Origin: Candidatus Latescibacterota bacterium
GTDB lineage: Bacteria > Latescibacterota > UBA2968 > GCA-2709665
DNA length: 64,000 nucleotides
Reading direction: 5' to 3'
Assembly (NCBI GenBank): GCA_965219455.1
Contig: OZ244744.1
Coordinates: 1,728,001-1,792,000 of the forward strand
This document shows, in pieces, positions 43,387 through 53,996 of the stretch (position 1 is the first letter of the stretch; the number at the start of each line of letters is the position of its first letter). The position numbers and the translations under genes were made by a program. A model generated the notes under the pieces. That model had not been told where the DNA came from. It was given only the letters and a program-made list of their open reading frames with translations, and searched no databases.

Positions 43387-44058
43387 ATGAAACAGGAAAT
43401 ACGGTTGGGGCAGGTGATCATCCTGAACGGCGCTCCGCGATCTGGAAAATCAAGCATAGCCACAGCGATCCAGGAAGCTTCGGATGAGTTGTGGGTGAAC
43501 CTGGGCGCAGATTGGTATATACGCATAACACCCGAACGGTACCGGCCAGGGGTGGGGCTTCGTCCGGCGGGGATTGAGAAAATGGAAGAAAAACCTTTTG
43601 TACAAAGGAATAAAATAGAACGTATCGTGCCTTTAATGTATGCAGCGATGTATGAGTCGATTGCGGCGCACAGTCGTTTGGGTTTGAACGTTGTTACCGA
43701 CGTCGGCCATCATGACGACTACGGAAGTCCTCAAGGAATCCTGTACGACTGTGCGCGCCGTATGGAAGGTTTGCCCGTCCTGTTCGTCGGCGTGCGCTGC
43801 CCTGTTGATATCGTGTGGGAGCGGCGGCGTAGCACGTGGCTCAAGGAGCAGGAAATTCCGGATGGCACGCCCCCGCCTTATCGGGTGCATCGATGGAATC
43901 GCGAGGTGCACAACCCCGGGATATACGACCTCGAAGTCGATACCTCAACGATGAGTCCGGAGGAATGCGGCCGGGTAATACTGAGACACCTGGAACATGG
44001 CCCCCAACCCACAGCCCTCAAAAGGCTGGCTGCAATGTCTGCACGGGACCGGAAATAG
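43387..44058 (+). CDS. Chloramphenicol phosphotransferase-like (CPT) P-loop kinase
   Basis: IILNGAPRSGKSS, LFVGVRCP, YDLEVDTS. Confidence 0.85.
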   Translation: MKQEIRLGQVIILNGAPRSGKSSIATAIQEASDELWVNLGADWYIRITPERYRPGVGLRPAGIEKMEEKPFVQRNKIERIVPLMYAAMYESIAAHSRLGLNVVTDVGHHDDYGSPQGILYDCARRMEGLPVLFVGVRCPVDIVWERRRSTWLKEQEIPDGTPPPYRVHRWNREVHNPGIYDLEVDTSTMSPEECGRVILRHLEHGPQPTALKRLAAMSARDRK

Positions 44059-44240
44059 CAACAATTCCGAAGACGACTCGTTGTTGACACATCCGCCTTC
44101 ACGTCGCCTGCCAACGGCCACAAATAAAGGACGCTCCCAAGACATAATACCGGGAGCGTCCAGACCCTACCCCGCTAATGGCTAAACTCCTGCGTCACGC
44201 CACGTCAATTATTGGTAAATCGCCGCCTGACGACCCTCCG

Positions 44241-45563
44241 TCATTCTGCCTTAGTCAATCCCATCACCCACGTCAACTGATCTTCCATGGATGCCTTGAA
44301 ATCGCTACTCAGTCCGGTTTTTTCGTAGCGGATGTACCCTTCTCGATCTACGATACACGTATACGGTATTTTGTCGAATCCGAATTGTCGCTGTACTTCC
44401 TCATTGCCCATCAGATAGGTCAGGCCAGGCGCCAACCGCGCCTTTGTGTCAGAAATGAGGTCCTTGCGCTTACCCTCGTCCTGCGTATCCAGGTTGACGG
44501 CCAGGAACTCTATTGACTTCTGACCAAAAGTACGCTTCAAAAACTCGAGTTGGGGCAGTTCGTCAAGGCATGGTCCGCACCAGTTCGCCCAGAAATTGAG
44601 CACCACGACCTTCCCGTTTAACGCATCCAAACTCACCGATTCATCATTCAAGGTCTTCAAAGTGAACATCGGTGCCAGTCGCCTCACGCGCCTTTCAACC
44701 AGTCGGGCCTTTCGCGATTCTTCAATCTCGGCCTTCAAATCGGCGTATGCGTAAATAATCCCTTCCGCAGAGCCGAACTTCCCGACATATGCCGTGCCCC
44801 AGAGTCCATAAGCGTCTTTACGGATTACCGAATTCTTCAAGAGTTGGCATCCAAGTTCGTAGGCAGGGTCAAATCGCTCCTGCTCAATGTATAGCCTCAG
44901 CAGATCCAGCCGAATCCCGTCAACGGTTTTCTGGTGGGTTGCCTGATCCGGGAAGGCCGTCACCGGCATCGCCTCCGCCTGCTGCAAGCTGCGCCGGATT
45001 ACCTTCAATGCCTCCTCCGGCTGATTCGCCAACTGAAAAGCCCGGCTCAACAGTCCACGTCTTTCGATAATCCCTCGCTGGTAGGAATCACCGGCATTGG
45101 CCTGTATGCTCTCCGCGATTGCCAGTGACTTCTGTGCGAAAATGAGGGTTCGACGGGGAAAAATCTTCTTGTCAATAAAGGTCTTCACTATCTGTCTGTA
45201 TAAGCCGTTTCGATTCGGCTGTAACGCAATGGCTTCCTCAGCCAAACGAAGGAGGAACCGAGGATCATCGACTACCATGCTGTAGTGATAAAACAACCTT
45301 TCCAGCGCATCTACCTTCAAATTCGTCTGCGGATACTCTGCGCGGAATTCTTCAAGGGCCAAGATCCCATCCCAGCGCTCTTCTGTTTCTTTTGCGAGAG
45401 CAAGCTTCATTACCGCCTGTGAAAAGCGCCTTTGTTCCTCGAAGGAATGTGTCGGCGGGCTGGCATAAACAGCCGAAACCAGAAAATTCGCAATCAACAT
45501 CAAATTAACGATATCCTTGAATTGACTATTTCTATACTTCATTTCTGCCGTGGATTTCAACAT
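44241..45563 (-). CDS. TPR-like + TlpA thioredoxin-like disulfide reductase, probably exported
   Basis: Hydrophobic N-terminal stretch; LNFWANWCGPC. Confidence 0.85.
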   Translation of the reverse strand: MLKSTAEMKYRNSQFKDIVNLMLIANFLVSAVYASPPTHSFEEQRRFSQAVMKLALAKETEERWDGILALEEFRAEYPQTNLKVDALERLFYHYSMVVDDPRFLLRLAEEAIALQPNRNGLYRQIVKTFIDKKIFPRRTLIFAQKSLAIAESIQANAGDSYQRGIIERRGLLSRAFQLANQPEEALKVIRRSLQQAEAMPVTAFPDQATHQKTVDGIRLDLLRLYIEQERFDPAYELGCQLLKNSVIRKDAYGLWGTAYVGKFGSAEGIIYAYADLKAEIEESRKARLVERRVRRLAPMFTLKTLNDESVSLDALNGKVVVLNFWANWCGPCLDELPQLEFLKRTFGQKSIEFLAVNLDTQDEGKRKDLISDTKARLAPGLTYLMGNEEVQRQFGFDKIPYTCIVDREGYIRYEKTGLSSDFKASMEDQLTWVMGLTKAE

Positions 45564-45575
45564 TCGGGCCTCCCA

Positions 45576-46880
45576 TTATCGTCTGTCCGCCCAGAAAAGA
45601 CTTAAAAGCCTCCGCTCGGAATGCGCTCGAGACCGGTTTATAGTGAGATCAACAAAATAAACGCCGTCCGACAGTGGCCGTTTTTCGAGTAGAAATGTAT
45701 GACTTCCCACGCTTTGGATGTCGTCTACAAGCAATGCAGCCAGCATTCCAGACATATTGTAGACTTTGAGCCCAACGTGCACGGAGTCCTTAAAGGTGGA
45801 GTCGGGAATTGTGTAGGTAATCGTTACCACGGAATCCGCCGGCGAATGGGACAGAGTCAACGCAGGTCTGGGTGGATTGTCCGTCGATGCTCCGACTGCT
45901 TGCGTGGTTTGGCTGGCGTCGGTACTCTTGACCAGCCCATTTGCGTTTCCCTTCTTTGCGCTTTGCTGAAGGGCAGCTTCCGCCTGCTTGGGGCGATTGA
46001 CGGGGTTGGACACGTCGTCTATTTCAATTTCGATTGTCATCGGCGCGGGGCTCGCCCCAGGCTTCGATACGTTATTCGCGTTGTCTTCCCACTGGACAAT
46101 GGCGACGAATCCGGAATAGTAGATCCCCGTTCCCACAACCGACGCCGTCAGAATACCTCCAGATCTCCAGTATGGACTTCGGCCAAAGAACCGCTTTACA
46201 CTCGCCCATATCGAATCCGGAGTCAACAGGAGCATCGGCGGCAGTGCAGCCATTACTTTTCGCGTCAGTTCAGACGTCGGTTGCTGCTCCTTCAATGTCT
46301 CCTCGACAATCGGCAACAGCTCTTCCCGAAGCTGATCGCGACCCACCTGGAGCCGGCCGAGCACGGTGCTTTCAGGGACCTCCAGCATCTCGGCGATTTC
46401 CCTGTATTTCAACCCCTCCATGTAGTGGAGGAGCACGACTTCACGATACCTCTCCGGAAGCCGTTCGACGGCCCGAAGCACGTAGTTTCGCATCTCTTCC
46501 GTTTCGTATTCGCTGTCCGGCGCCGTCGGCAAGCGAACGAATGACGCCGGCAGGACTTCGCTATGAAGCGCCGCTTCGTTCGAATTGTCCAAATCATCAA
46601 TCGGTACGTTCCGCGTGCGTTTCCGAATCCAATCATTGGAAAGATTCATCGCGATACCCCGGACCCACGCCCGAAATCTGGCCGGGTCCTTCAACGATTT
46701 CAGATGCCGAAATGCCTCAACGAAGGTTTCCTGGACGATGTCTTCCGCGGAGGCGAAATCTCCCGTCTTTCCCACCACCAGGGCGTAGACCGTCCCCTTG
46801 TGCCGCTCAACGAGCGGTTCAAATGCGTCTTTATTGCCCGACAGGACTTGCTGGACAAGTATACCGTCTGTTCCGATCAT
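45576..46880 (-). CDS. ECF sigma factor with TM segment and C-terminal T9SS-CTD/FlgD-Ig-like domain
   Basis: AEDIVQETF (region 2), LPERYREVVLLHY..LKYREIAEML (region 4); tail ITYTIP...LKVYNMSG...LSDGVYFVDL. Confidence 0.8.
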   Translation of the reverse strand: MIGTDGILVQQVLSGNKDAFEPLVERHKGTVYALVVGKTGDFASAEDIVQETFVEAFRHLKSLKDPARFRAWVRGIAMNLSNDWIRKRTRNVPIDDLDNSNEAALHSEVLPASFVRLPTAPDSEYETEEMRNYVLRAVERLPERYREVVLLHYMEGLKYREIAEMLEVPESTVLGRLQVGRDQLREELLPIVEETLKEQQPTSELTRKVMAALPPMLLLTPDSIWASVKRFFGRSPYWRSGGILTASVVGTGIYYSGFVAIVQWEDNANNVSKPGASPAPMTIEIEIDDVSNPVNRPKQAEAALQQSAKKGNANGLVKSTDASQTTQAVGASTDNPPRPALTLSHSPADSVVTITYTIPDSTFKDSVHVGLKVYNMSGMLAALLVDDIQSVGSHTFLLEKRPLSDGVYFVDLTINRSRAHSERRLLSLFWADRR

Positions 46881-47372
46881 AAGTTCCCCGCTTTGAGGGA
46901 TAGGCCCGGGTTCATTGCCAGAGTCTCCCGTATCAGTTCCGGCTCCTACCATAATAGTGGGGCCGGAGGCCGAATCCTAAAAAAATACCCCTCATAATCC
47001 GCTTTGCACCCGAGATTCCGCATTCTGCCCTGCAAAATAGCAGGTTGGAGAAACCTGGTATCATCGTGGCCGATTGCAGTTATTGCACCGGAGTTGGCGC
47101 TTCTTCCATCGTTAAGTCGCGATGCAATGGGACTGGAGTTTTTTCTGCGCCGAATCTGCAATCGAGTGATGAGACGGTGCCATAGCGTCGATCTCCACCG
47201 AATCGTCGGGCGCTCCGCAAAGGACGCTTGCAGCGCCGGACGTGGAAACGGCGCTCTTTTGCGCTTGACATCCAACGAACGATGCTTACATAATGACACG
47301 CGGGCACCTGCTCGTGTCGGTAACCGGCGCCAAGCCGCATTCACAACGCAGTCTATTCACAGTCGGAATCGG

Positions 47373-48245
47373 GTGGGGTATTCCAATCGAAGGGTCGATT
47401 CCCGGAACATTGGGGATATCCGCGTAACCGCGCTGGATGCCGGGCGGTTCAGCCTCGACGGGGGCACGATGTTCGGCGTGGTCCCCCGGGCGATCTGGGA
47501 AAAGAAGATTCCGCCCGACGAGAGAAACCGGATCCAACTCGGCCTGAACTGCCTGCTGGTGGAAACGCGAACGGAGACGGTGCTGGTGGAAACCGGCATC
47601 GGCGCCTCAAAACTGCCCCCGAAGTACAGGGACATATACGGGGTGGACCCGTCCCGGGGCGTGATCGAAGCGCTGGCTGAAGCGGGCGTGGCGCCTGAGG
47701 CGGTGGACCGGGTGGTACTCACCCACCTGCACATGGACCACGCGGGCGGGACGACGGTTCGGACGGAGGACGGGTTCGAACCGGCGTTCCCCAACGCCAG
47801 GTACACGGTGCAGCGACAGGAGTGGGAAGACGCCCTGGGCGCCGACCGGCAGACGGTTCGAGGCTATAACGCCGCGTCGGACCTGATGCCCCTGGAGCAC
47901 ACCGGCGTTCTGGAGTTTGTCGAGGGAGACGTGGAAGTCTGTCCAGGGGTGCGTGTTTTTCTCACGCCCGGGCACACCCGCGCGCATCAGTCCGTCCTGG
48001 TGCGGTCGGACGGCGAAACCATCTGTTTCGTTGGAGACCTGGTACCCACCAGACATCACGTGCACCCGGTCACCATTATGGCGTTCGACCTGTATCCGAG
48101 GAAGACATTCAAGGTGCGGCAACAGGTGTTGAAACGGGCGGCCGGGGAAGGCTGGCTGATGGCTTGGCCGCACGATCCGGAGCAGTACTGGGGATATATC
48201 AGGATTGACGACAGGGGTGAGTTCACACCCGTGGAGGAACAATGA
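47373..48245 (+). CDS. MBL-fold metallo-hydrolase (YtnP-like); start uncertain
   Basis: LDGGTMFGVVP, THLHMDHAGG, PGHT..H, GDL. Confidence 0.85.
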   Translation: MGYSNRRVDSRNIGDIRVTALDAGRFSLDGGTMFGVVPRAIWEKKIPPDERNRIQLGLNCLLVETRTETVLVETGIGASKLPPKYRDIYGVDPSRGVIEALAEAGVAPEAVDRVVLTHLHMDHAGGTTVRTEDGFEPAFPNARYTVQRQEWEDALGADRQTVRGYNAASDLMPLEHTGVLEFVEGDVEVCPGVRVFLTPGHTRAHQSVLVRSDGETICFVGDLVPTRHHVHPVTIMAFDLYPRKTFKVRQQVLKRAAGEGWLMAWPHDPEQYWGYIRIDDRGEFTPVEEQ

Positions 48246-48246
48246 G

Positions 48247-49209
48247 ATGGCTGTGAAAATGGTGTTCTGGCCGGCCTTCAAGCCGGATTGGATGGCTCGG
48301 GTGAGAGACCTGGGCGTAGAGGCATGCGAAGCCGAGTCCGAGGCGGCGGCGTTGGATCTGATTGTGGACGCGGACGCGTTTTACGGGCGCATGACGCCGG
48401 CGCTGCTGGCAGCGGCAGGGAAGCTGCGATGGGTGCAGGCGACGAGCGCCGGACTGGACGGTTATTTCTTCCCTGAGTTGAGGGAGAGCGAAGTTATCGT
48501 AACCAACCTGCGCGGGATTTACAGCGACGTCATTGCCGAGCACGTGTTTGCGCTGCTGCTTTCCCTGGCCAGGGGCATTCCGGTTTATTTCCGCAGTCAA
48601 CTGGAAGGGCGGTGGGAGAAACGAGTCGCGCCGGTGATCCACGTGGCAGGTACCACGCTGGGTGTGCTGGGTCTGGGCGGCATCGGACTCGCGGTTGCCG
48701 AACGGGGTCACGCATTCGGAATGCGCGTGCTGGCATTGGACCCGGCCCCGAAGGGACGTCCCGACTACGTGGAACGGATATACGGGGTGGATGAATTGCA
48801 CGCGATGCTGGGAGAAGTGGATTTCTTCGTGATCTGTGTGCCGCATACCGGTCAGACCGACCGGCTGATCGACGCCGCGGCATTGAAGGCGATGAAGCAG
48901 AGCGCCATATTCATCAACATCGGGCGGGGTAAGGTGGTGGACCTCGCCGCGCTGACGCGGGCGCTCCAGCAGGGCGAACTGGCGGGCGCGGGGCTGGATG
49001 TCTTTGAAGAAGAGCCGTTGCCGGAGGGACACCCGCTCTGGGCGATGGAGAATGTGATGATAACACCTCACGTCGGTGCGGAATCGGACCGGATCGAGGA
49101 TCGTCGGCTCGGTCTGATCCTGGAAAACGTACGGCGGTTCCGGGACGGGTCGCCGCTTTTGAACGTCGTGGACAACAAGGAAGGGTACGTAGTTTCACTG
49201 AATGCGTGA
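48247..49209 (+). CDS. D-2-hydroxyacid dehydrogenase
   Basis: GLGGIG, INIGRG, GLDVFEEEPL, TPHVG. Confidence 0.9.
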   Translation: MAVKMVFWPAFKPDWMARVRDLGVEACEAESEAAALDLIVDADAFYGRMTPALLAAAGKLRWVQATSAGLDGYFFPELRESEVIVTNLRGIYSDVIAEHVFALLLSLARGIPVYFRSQLEGRWEKRVAPVIHVAGTTLGVLGLGGIGLAVAERGHAFGMRVLALDPAPKGRPDYVERIYGVDELHAMLGEVDFFVICVPHTGQTDRLIDAAALKAMKQSAIFINIGRGKVVDLAALTRALQQGELAGAGLDVFEEEPLPEGHPLWAMENVMITPHVGAESDRIEDRRLGLILENVRRFRDGSPLLNVVDNKEGYVVSLNA

Positions 49210-49320
49210 GCGCGCCGGACCGGACGTGGCCGTTCGTCCGCGTGACTTCCACTATCCGGAAGCAAACAATGCCCGTCTGAATCCGGTTTGTCGACGGGCG
49301 CGCTGAAAAGGAGGCTGGCG

Positions 49321-50379
49321 ATGTTCGGTAGCGAAATGGAACCGTTGGGACAGACCTGGATCGAGATTTCGGGCGAAGCATGCGGCGCACGGGCAGATGA
49401 ACGGGGGCCCATCGGCGGGGGCGAAGGATATAAATGTGCGGTATCGTCACCCGTGAACGCGGTGTCCACGCTCGACCAACTGCTGGAAGCGCTGGCGCAG
49501 GCCAGACCGGGGGACGTGGTATACGTGGCCGGCGAGGCGGAAATCGACTGCACCGAACGGGTGTATGTCGAATTTCTCGTGCTGGAGATTCCGGAGGGGG
49601 TCACCCTGGCCGGTAACCGGGGCACGGACGGGTCCGCGGGTGGGATGATATTGTGCGATACATTCGATACAAGACCCCTGATCCGGGCGACCGGGCCGGA
49701 CGTCCGGGTTACGGGATTGCGCATAAAGGGCCCCAATCCCAAGCGGTGCCTGGAACACCACAACCGTTCGTTCCGCGAGGGCAGGGGACACGAGTATTAC
49801 TATAAATTCCCGACGTCCGACGGGCTCGTGACCGGATGCGCGAGACTCGAAGTGGACAATTGTGAACTGGGGGGCTGGAGCCACGCGGCGGTCTACCTCC
49901 AGGCCGGAGACGGTCATCACATCCACCATAATTTCATCCATCACAATCAATATAACGGACTGGGTTACGGGGTGAGCCACGACGAGGCGTTTTCGCTGAT
50001 CGAGTACAACCGGTTCGACTACAACCGCCACTCGCTGGCGGGAACCGGGAGGGCGGGCAGCGGATACGAAGCGCGGCACAACGTGGAAATCGGCGAATCG
50101 CTGAGCCATTGTTTCGACATGCACGGCGGAAGGGACCGAAAAGACGGAACCGAAGTGGCCGGTACGTGGATGAAGGTGCATCACAATACGTTCCGCTGCC
50201 CGAAGACGGCTGTCGTGGTGCGAGGCGTGCCCGAAGAGGGCGTTGACATCCACCACAACTGGCTGTACCAGCAACCGGACGAGCTCTCGGTACGGTCCGA
50301 CGGAAGGACGCGGATCCGAAACAACGCTTATGGGCCGAGCGATCCGGTGCTGGTGGCAAATGCCCAGGCGGGACCGTAG
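49321..50379 (+). CDS. Right-handed parallel beta-helix repeat protein
   Basis: HIHHNFIHHN, IEYNRF, VHHNTF Asn-ladder repeats. Confidence 0.78.
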   Translation: MFGSEMEPLGQTWIEISGEACGARADERGPIGGGEGYKCAVSSPVNAVSTLDQLLEALAQARPGDVVYVAGEAEIDCTERVYVEFLVLEIPEGVTLAGNRGTDGSAGGMILCDTFDTRPLIRATGPDVRVTGLRIKGPNPKRCLEHHNRSFREGRGHEYYYKFPTSDGLVTGCARLEVDNCELGGWSHAAVYLQAGDGHHIHHNFIHHNQYNGLGYGVSHDEAFSLIEYNRFDYNRHSLAGTGRAGSGYEARHNVEIGESLSHCFDMHGGRDRKDGTEVAGTWMKVHHNTFRCPKTAVVVRGVPEEGVDIHHNWLYQQPDELSVRSDGRTRIRNNAYGPSDPVLVANAQAGP

Positions 50380-50506
50380 CGATTTCGGGCGGCCCTTCGC
50401 CCGCCTCGAACACCCACCACCCGGTGTGCCTGTCCCAACACTCGGCCCTTCCCTGGGCTTGACGCCGACGGCTCCCGGGTGGCGGTTTATTTTCTGGAGA
50501 AATGGC

Positions 50507-51520
50507 ATGTCGCCGTTGGTTCGTTTTGCATTCGCGTTCACGCTTCCGGTCCTGCTGGTGCTGGGCGGCACGGCGGGGTATGCATGGATTGAGAAATGGA
50601 CGGTGTGGGAAAGCCTGTACATGACCGTGATTACCGTATCGACCGTCGGCTATGGCGAGGTCCATCCGTTGTCGCCGACGGGTCAGCGGTTCACGATCCT
50701 GCTTCTTACGTTCAGTGTGATCGCCGTCGGATATTCGATGACAACATTAATCGGGTTCGTCTTCGAGGGTCAGATTCTCCACGCGATGCGAGGGCGCAGA
50801 ATGACACGTTCCGTTTCAAAGCTGAAGGATCATTATATCATATGCGGAGGCGGGGTGGTCGGCAAAGAGGTGGCGCAGGAACTGAAGCATGCGGGAATGC
50901 ACTTCGTAATCGTGGATAAGGATCCCGAACATTCTGAGTTGGGCCGTGACGAAACGGTATTGTTCGTGGAGGGTCACGCGGAGGACGACGAGGTGCTGGT
51001 CGAGGCGGGCATCGATAGGGCCAAAGGGTTGATCGCGGTACTGAGGGAGGATGCCCTGAATGTCTTCGTGGTGCTTTCCGCGCGCCAGGCGAATCCGAAC
51101 TTGAAGATTGTGGCGCGCGCGGCGGAGGAGCAGAGCATTGGCAAACTGATGACGGCTGGCGCCGACCGGGTGATGTCACCCTACCAATTGGCGGGGAGAC
51201 GGATTGCGTCGGTGATTCTGCGGCCGTCAATCGTGGATTTTCTCGACGTCGTCGTGGGCACGGGGGAGGCGGCAATGCGGCTGGAGGAGTTCCACGTGGG
51301 CGAGGGGTCGCCGCTGGTGGAAAAGCAATTGAAGGAAACGGATATCGGGCAGCGGACAGGAGCGATTGTCGTGGGCATCCAGGGGCATGACGGAAAGCCC
51401 AGGATCCACCCGGCCGCATCGGCGGGGTTGTCGGGTGTTACGATTCACCGGGGCGACGTGCTGATCGTGCTGGGAACCGACGGGCAGCTGAACCGGTTGA
51501 AGGCCATGGCGGAGTCATAG
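50507..51520 (+). CDS. Potassium channel protein (2TM pore + RCK/TrkA-N and TrkA-C)
   Basis: TVSTVGYGE selectivity filter, IICGGGVVG. Confidence 0.92.
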   Translation: MSPLVRFAFAFTLPVLLVLGGTAGYAWIEKWTVWESLYMTVITVSTVGYGEVHPLSPTGQRFTILLLTFSVIAVGYSMTTLIGFVFEGQILHAMRGRRMTRSVSKLKDHYIICGGGVVGKEVAQELKHAGMHFVIVDKDPEHSELGRDETVLFVEGHAEDDEVLVEAGIDRAKGLIAVLREDALNVFVVLSARQANPNLKIVARAAEEQSIGKLMTAGADRVMSPYQLAGRRIASVILRPSIVDFLDVVVGTGEAAMRLEEFHVGEGSPLVEKQLKETDIGQRTGAIVVGIQGHDGKPRIHPAASAGLSGVTIHRGDVLIVLGTDGQLNRLKAMAES

Positions 51521-51646
51521 ACGATGTTTCAGCGAAACGGAACCGTGGATGGCTGTGGAAACGCGTTCCGGATCTGCTCAACAGACAAAAAGGATCCCGG
51601 CGAATAACAGGCCGGGCGAACCATTCTCAATTGAAGGAGATGTATC

Positions 51647-53329
51647 ATGCGGCTTCCGCTCTGTGTGGTGACCGATCCGGAAGGGCAGACAGGCTCGGAC
51701 GGTTCGCGCTGTTACGGCGGGTTTTACATTCGTGAAATACTCGCGCACGCGGGCATTCCATTTGACGAGAAGGAACGTCCGCTGGTCGATCTGGATGGAT
51801 TTCAAGTGGTACTGCTGCCCTGGCATCTTCAACTGTCGGAGGCAGAGCGGACGCTGCTGGCGGAATTCGTCGAATCGGGCGGGGCGTTAATCGGCCTGGG
51901 AGGGTTGTCGGGGTTGGACGACGTGTTCGGCGCGGTGGATCGCGGCGACATGGCGGACGGGTATTTGCATGTGGCGGCAAAGGACCACCCGGTAACCTCA
52001 GGGTTCAAGAGCAGTCTGCACTGTTTCGGCGGGCGGCGAATCAAAGCCGTGAACGGCACGGCGCTGGCGAGGGCAATGGGCGCGAGCGACGGGGTGGTGG
52101 AGCATCGGACCGGTGCCGGTCTGGCGATCGCCGTGGGCCCGGACGTGGTCCGGACCATCGTGCATATCCAGCAGGGGCATCAAATACCTCCCGCGTCGGG
52201 TCCCACGCGGATCGACGTGATCAAGGGGCTCGCGCTGGACCTGGACAGGGACCGATCGCCCGTACCGGGCGAGGAGGATAACCTTGTTTTCATGGAGCCG
52301 ATAGCGGATGAATTCCGGGCATTAATCATCAAAGCCGTTCTGTACGCCTGCCGGGAGCGCGGCGTCTCCCTGCCCGTCCTGTGGTACTGGCCGGACAATC
52401 TGCCCGCGATCGCGCATATGTCGCACGACTCGGACGGCGGAGACGAAGCCCTCGGCTGGTCGTTGCTTCGCCTGACGCAGGAGGTGAACGCACGCACGAC
52501 GTGGTGCATCATGGCGGGACACTACGAGCCGGCATTCTACCGCGCGATCCAGGACTGCAGATCGGAGGTGGCCCTGCACTATGACGCTCAGACCTGGCAG
52601 ACGGCGTCGGACGATCAGAAGCCGGACGTCGCCCAATTAAAGTGGGGATATCGGGAGTTGGCCGCACAGCTTGACACGGTCACGAAAGCCGCTGGGCGGC
52701 CCGTAACGACCAACAAGAACCATACGCTCCGCTGGCAGGGCCGGCTGGAGTTCTTCCGCTGGTGCGAACGCGCTGGCATCACCCTGGAGCAGAGCCGCGG
52801 GCCGAATACGCCCTATACCAACGGGTTTCCTTTTGGGGGCTGCCACCCATGGTTTCCGATTGACGACGAATCGCCCGGCGGACCGCCGATTGACGTGCTG
52901 GAGGTGAACCTGACGGTGCAGGATATTCACAAGCGGTGCTCCACCCGCCTGGCGCATTGTTTCGCGGACCGGGCGCTCCAGCACCATGGCATCGCCCATT
53001 TTCTCTTCCACCCCGCGCACGTCTGGGAGCCGGCCGTACGCGGTGGGCTCCGGGAAATTGTGGGGTACACGAGAGATAAGGGCATGCCGTGGTGGACCGC
53101 GGCTCAAATCGACGCCTGGGAACGCGCGCGGCGCACGGTAAGGTTCGGACTTCGCGAAAACGGCGCGTACGAGGTCTCCGCGGACGCGGACTTGAAGGGC
53201 GCAACAGTGCTGGTCCCGGCCGGAGAAGCTGACACGCAAGGGGACGTGGTGGAACGGTACGGGGTCCGGTTCCGCGCCGTCACGATGGATCTGGATCGGG
53301 GGAAGCGCGTAGAGTTACCGCTGGTCTGA
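51647..53329 (+). CDS. Hypothetical protein: GATase1-like domain + polysaccharide deacetylase-like domain
   Basis: LAEFVESGGALI; SHDSD, EVALH, LFHP. Confidence 0.65.
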   Translation: MRLPLCVVTDPEGQTGSDGSRCYGGFYIREILAHAGIPFDEKERPLVDLDGFQVVLLPWHLQLSEAERTLLAEFVESGGALIGLGGLSGLDDVFGAVDRGDMADGYLHVAAKDHPVTSGFKSSLHCFGGRRIKAVNGTALARAMGASDGVVEHRTGAGLAIAVGPDVVRTIVHIQQGHQIPPASGPTRIDVIKGLALDLDRDRSPVPGEEDNLVFMEPIADEFRALIIKAVLYACRERGVSLPVLWYWPDNLPAIAHMSHDSDGGDEALGWSLLRLTQEVNARTTWCIMAGHYEPAFYRAIQDCRSEVALHYDAQTWQTASDDQKPDVAQLKWGYRELAAQLDTVTKAAGRPVTTNKNHTLRWQGRLEFFRWCERAGITLEQSRGPNTPYTNGFPFGGCHPWFPIDDESPGGPPIDVLEVNLTVQDIHKRCSTRLAHCFADRALQHHGIAHFLFHPAHVWEPAVRGGLREIVGYTRDKGMPWWTAAQIDAWERARRTVRFGLRENGAYEVSADADLKGATVLVPAGEADTQGDVVERYGVRFRAVTMDLDRGKRVELPLV

Positions 53330-53791
53330 AGCGCGGCAGATGATTTTTCAAACGTAAAAAGCGAGTCTTGCAACCAGGCGGTAAATCGAACGTCGGTGGA
53401 AACGGATTGAACTAAGGACTCCGCACCGGATTCGATAGCGATTCACGCCGCCTTGATACCGCTCACTCATGCCTTTCCCGCCTCCCTGGTCTTACTACCC
53501 CCTCCTGCATCAAATCTCAGTTAATTCGATACTCCTGCATCCTGTCATCTCACGGGGCATAAAGCGCAGTGTCCATGCAGGACCGTACAAAGCGAACAGG
53601 AACTCGTTCAGAACGCTGAACGACTCAGGCTGCATTGGCAATCCCGTTCCGAAGCCAAAACCTCGCAAACCCTTCACTTACAGAACGACACCGAATATCT
53701 CACCCTGAAATCGGACAATGAAACCGTCTCGTTAACAAGGGGCACAGCGGGGTATGAGATACCGTTTTGTGAGCAGGTTTAACAGAGCACC

Positions 53792-53820
53792 TTGACATAA
53801 TGTATCGAATCCCCTAACTT
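53792..53820 (+). promoter_or_regulatory. Sigma70-type promoter
   Basis: TTGACA-17 bp-TAACTT upstream of the GWxTD gene. Confidence 0.55.
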
Positions 53821-53996
53821 TGTGTATAAATATCTCTTTAATTGAGTCGGCGTGCCCGGTCAATCTTGTGTTGGCGAAGGCAGGATTTGTAGTCTCGGCT
53901 AACGTGTTGGCGCTGGTCCAAGATCTGCCGAAGCAAGAAACGCTACCCGGTTTTTGTCGCCTCCTTTGCGTCCATAAATGCCAGGAAGGAAACGCG

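Noticed and set aside
53348-53470. 40-aa minus-strand sORF MSERYQGGVNRY.. with a possible SD
   Set aside because: No motif or operon context to distinguish it from chance
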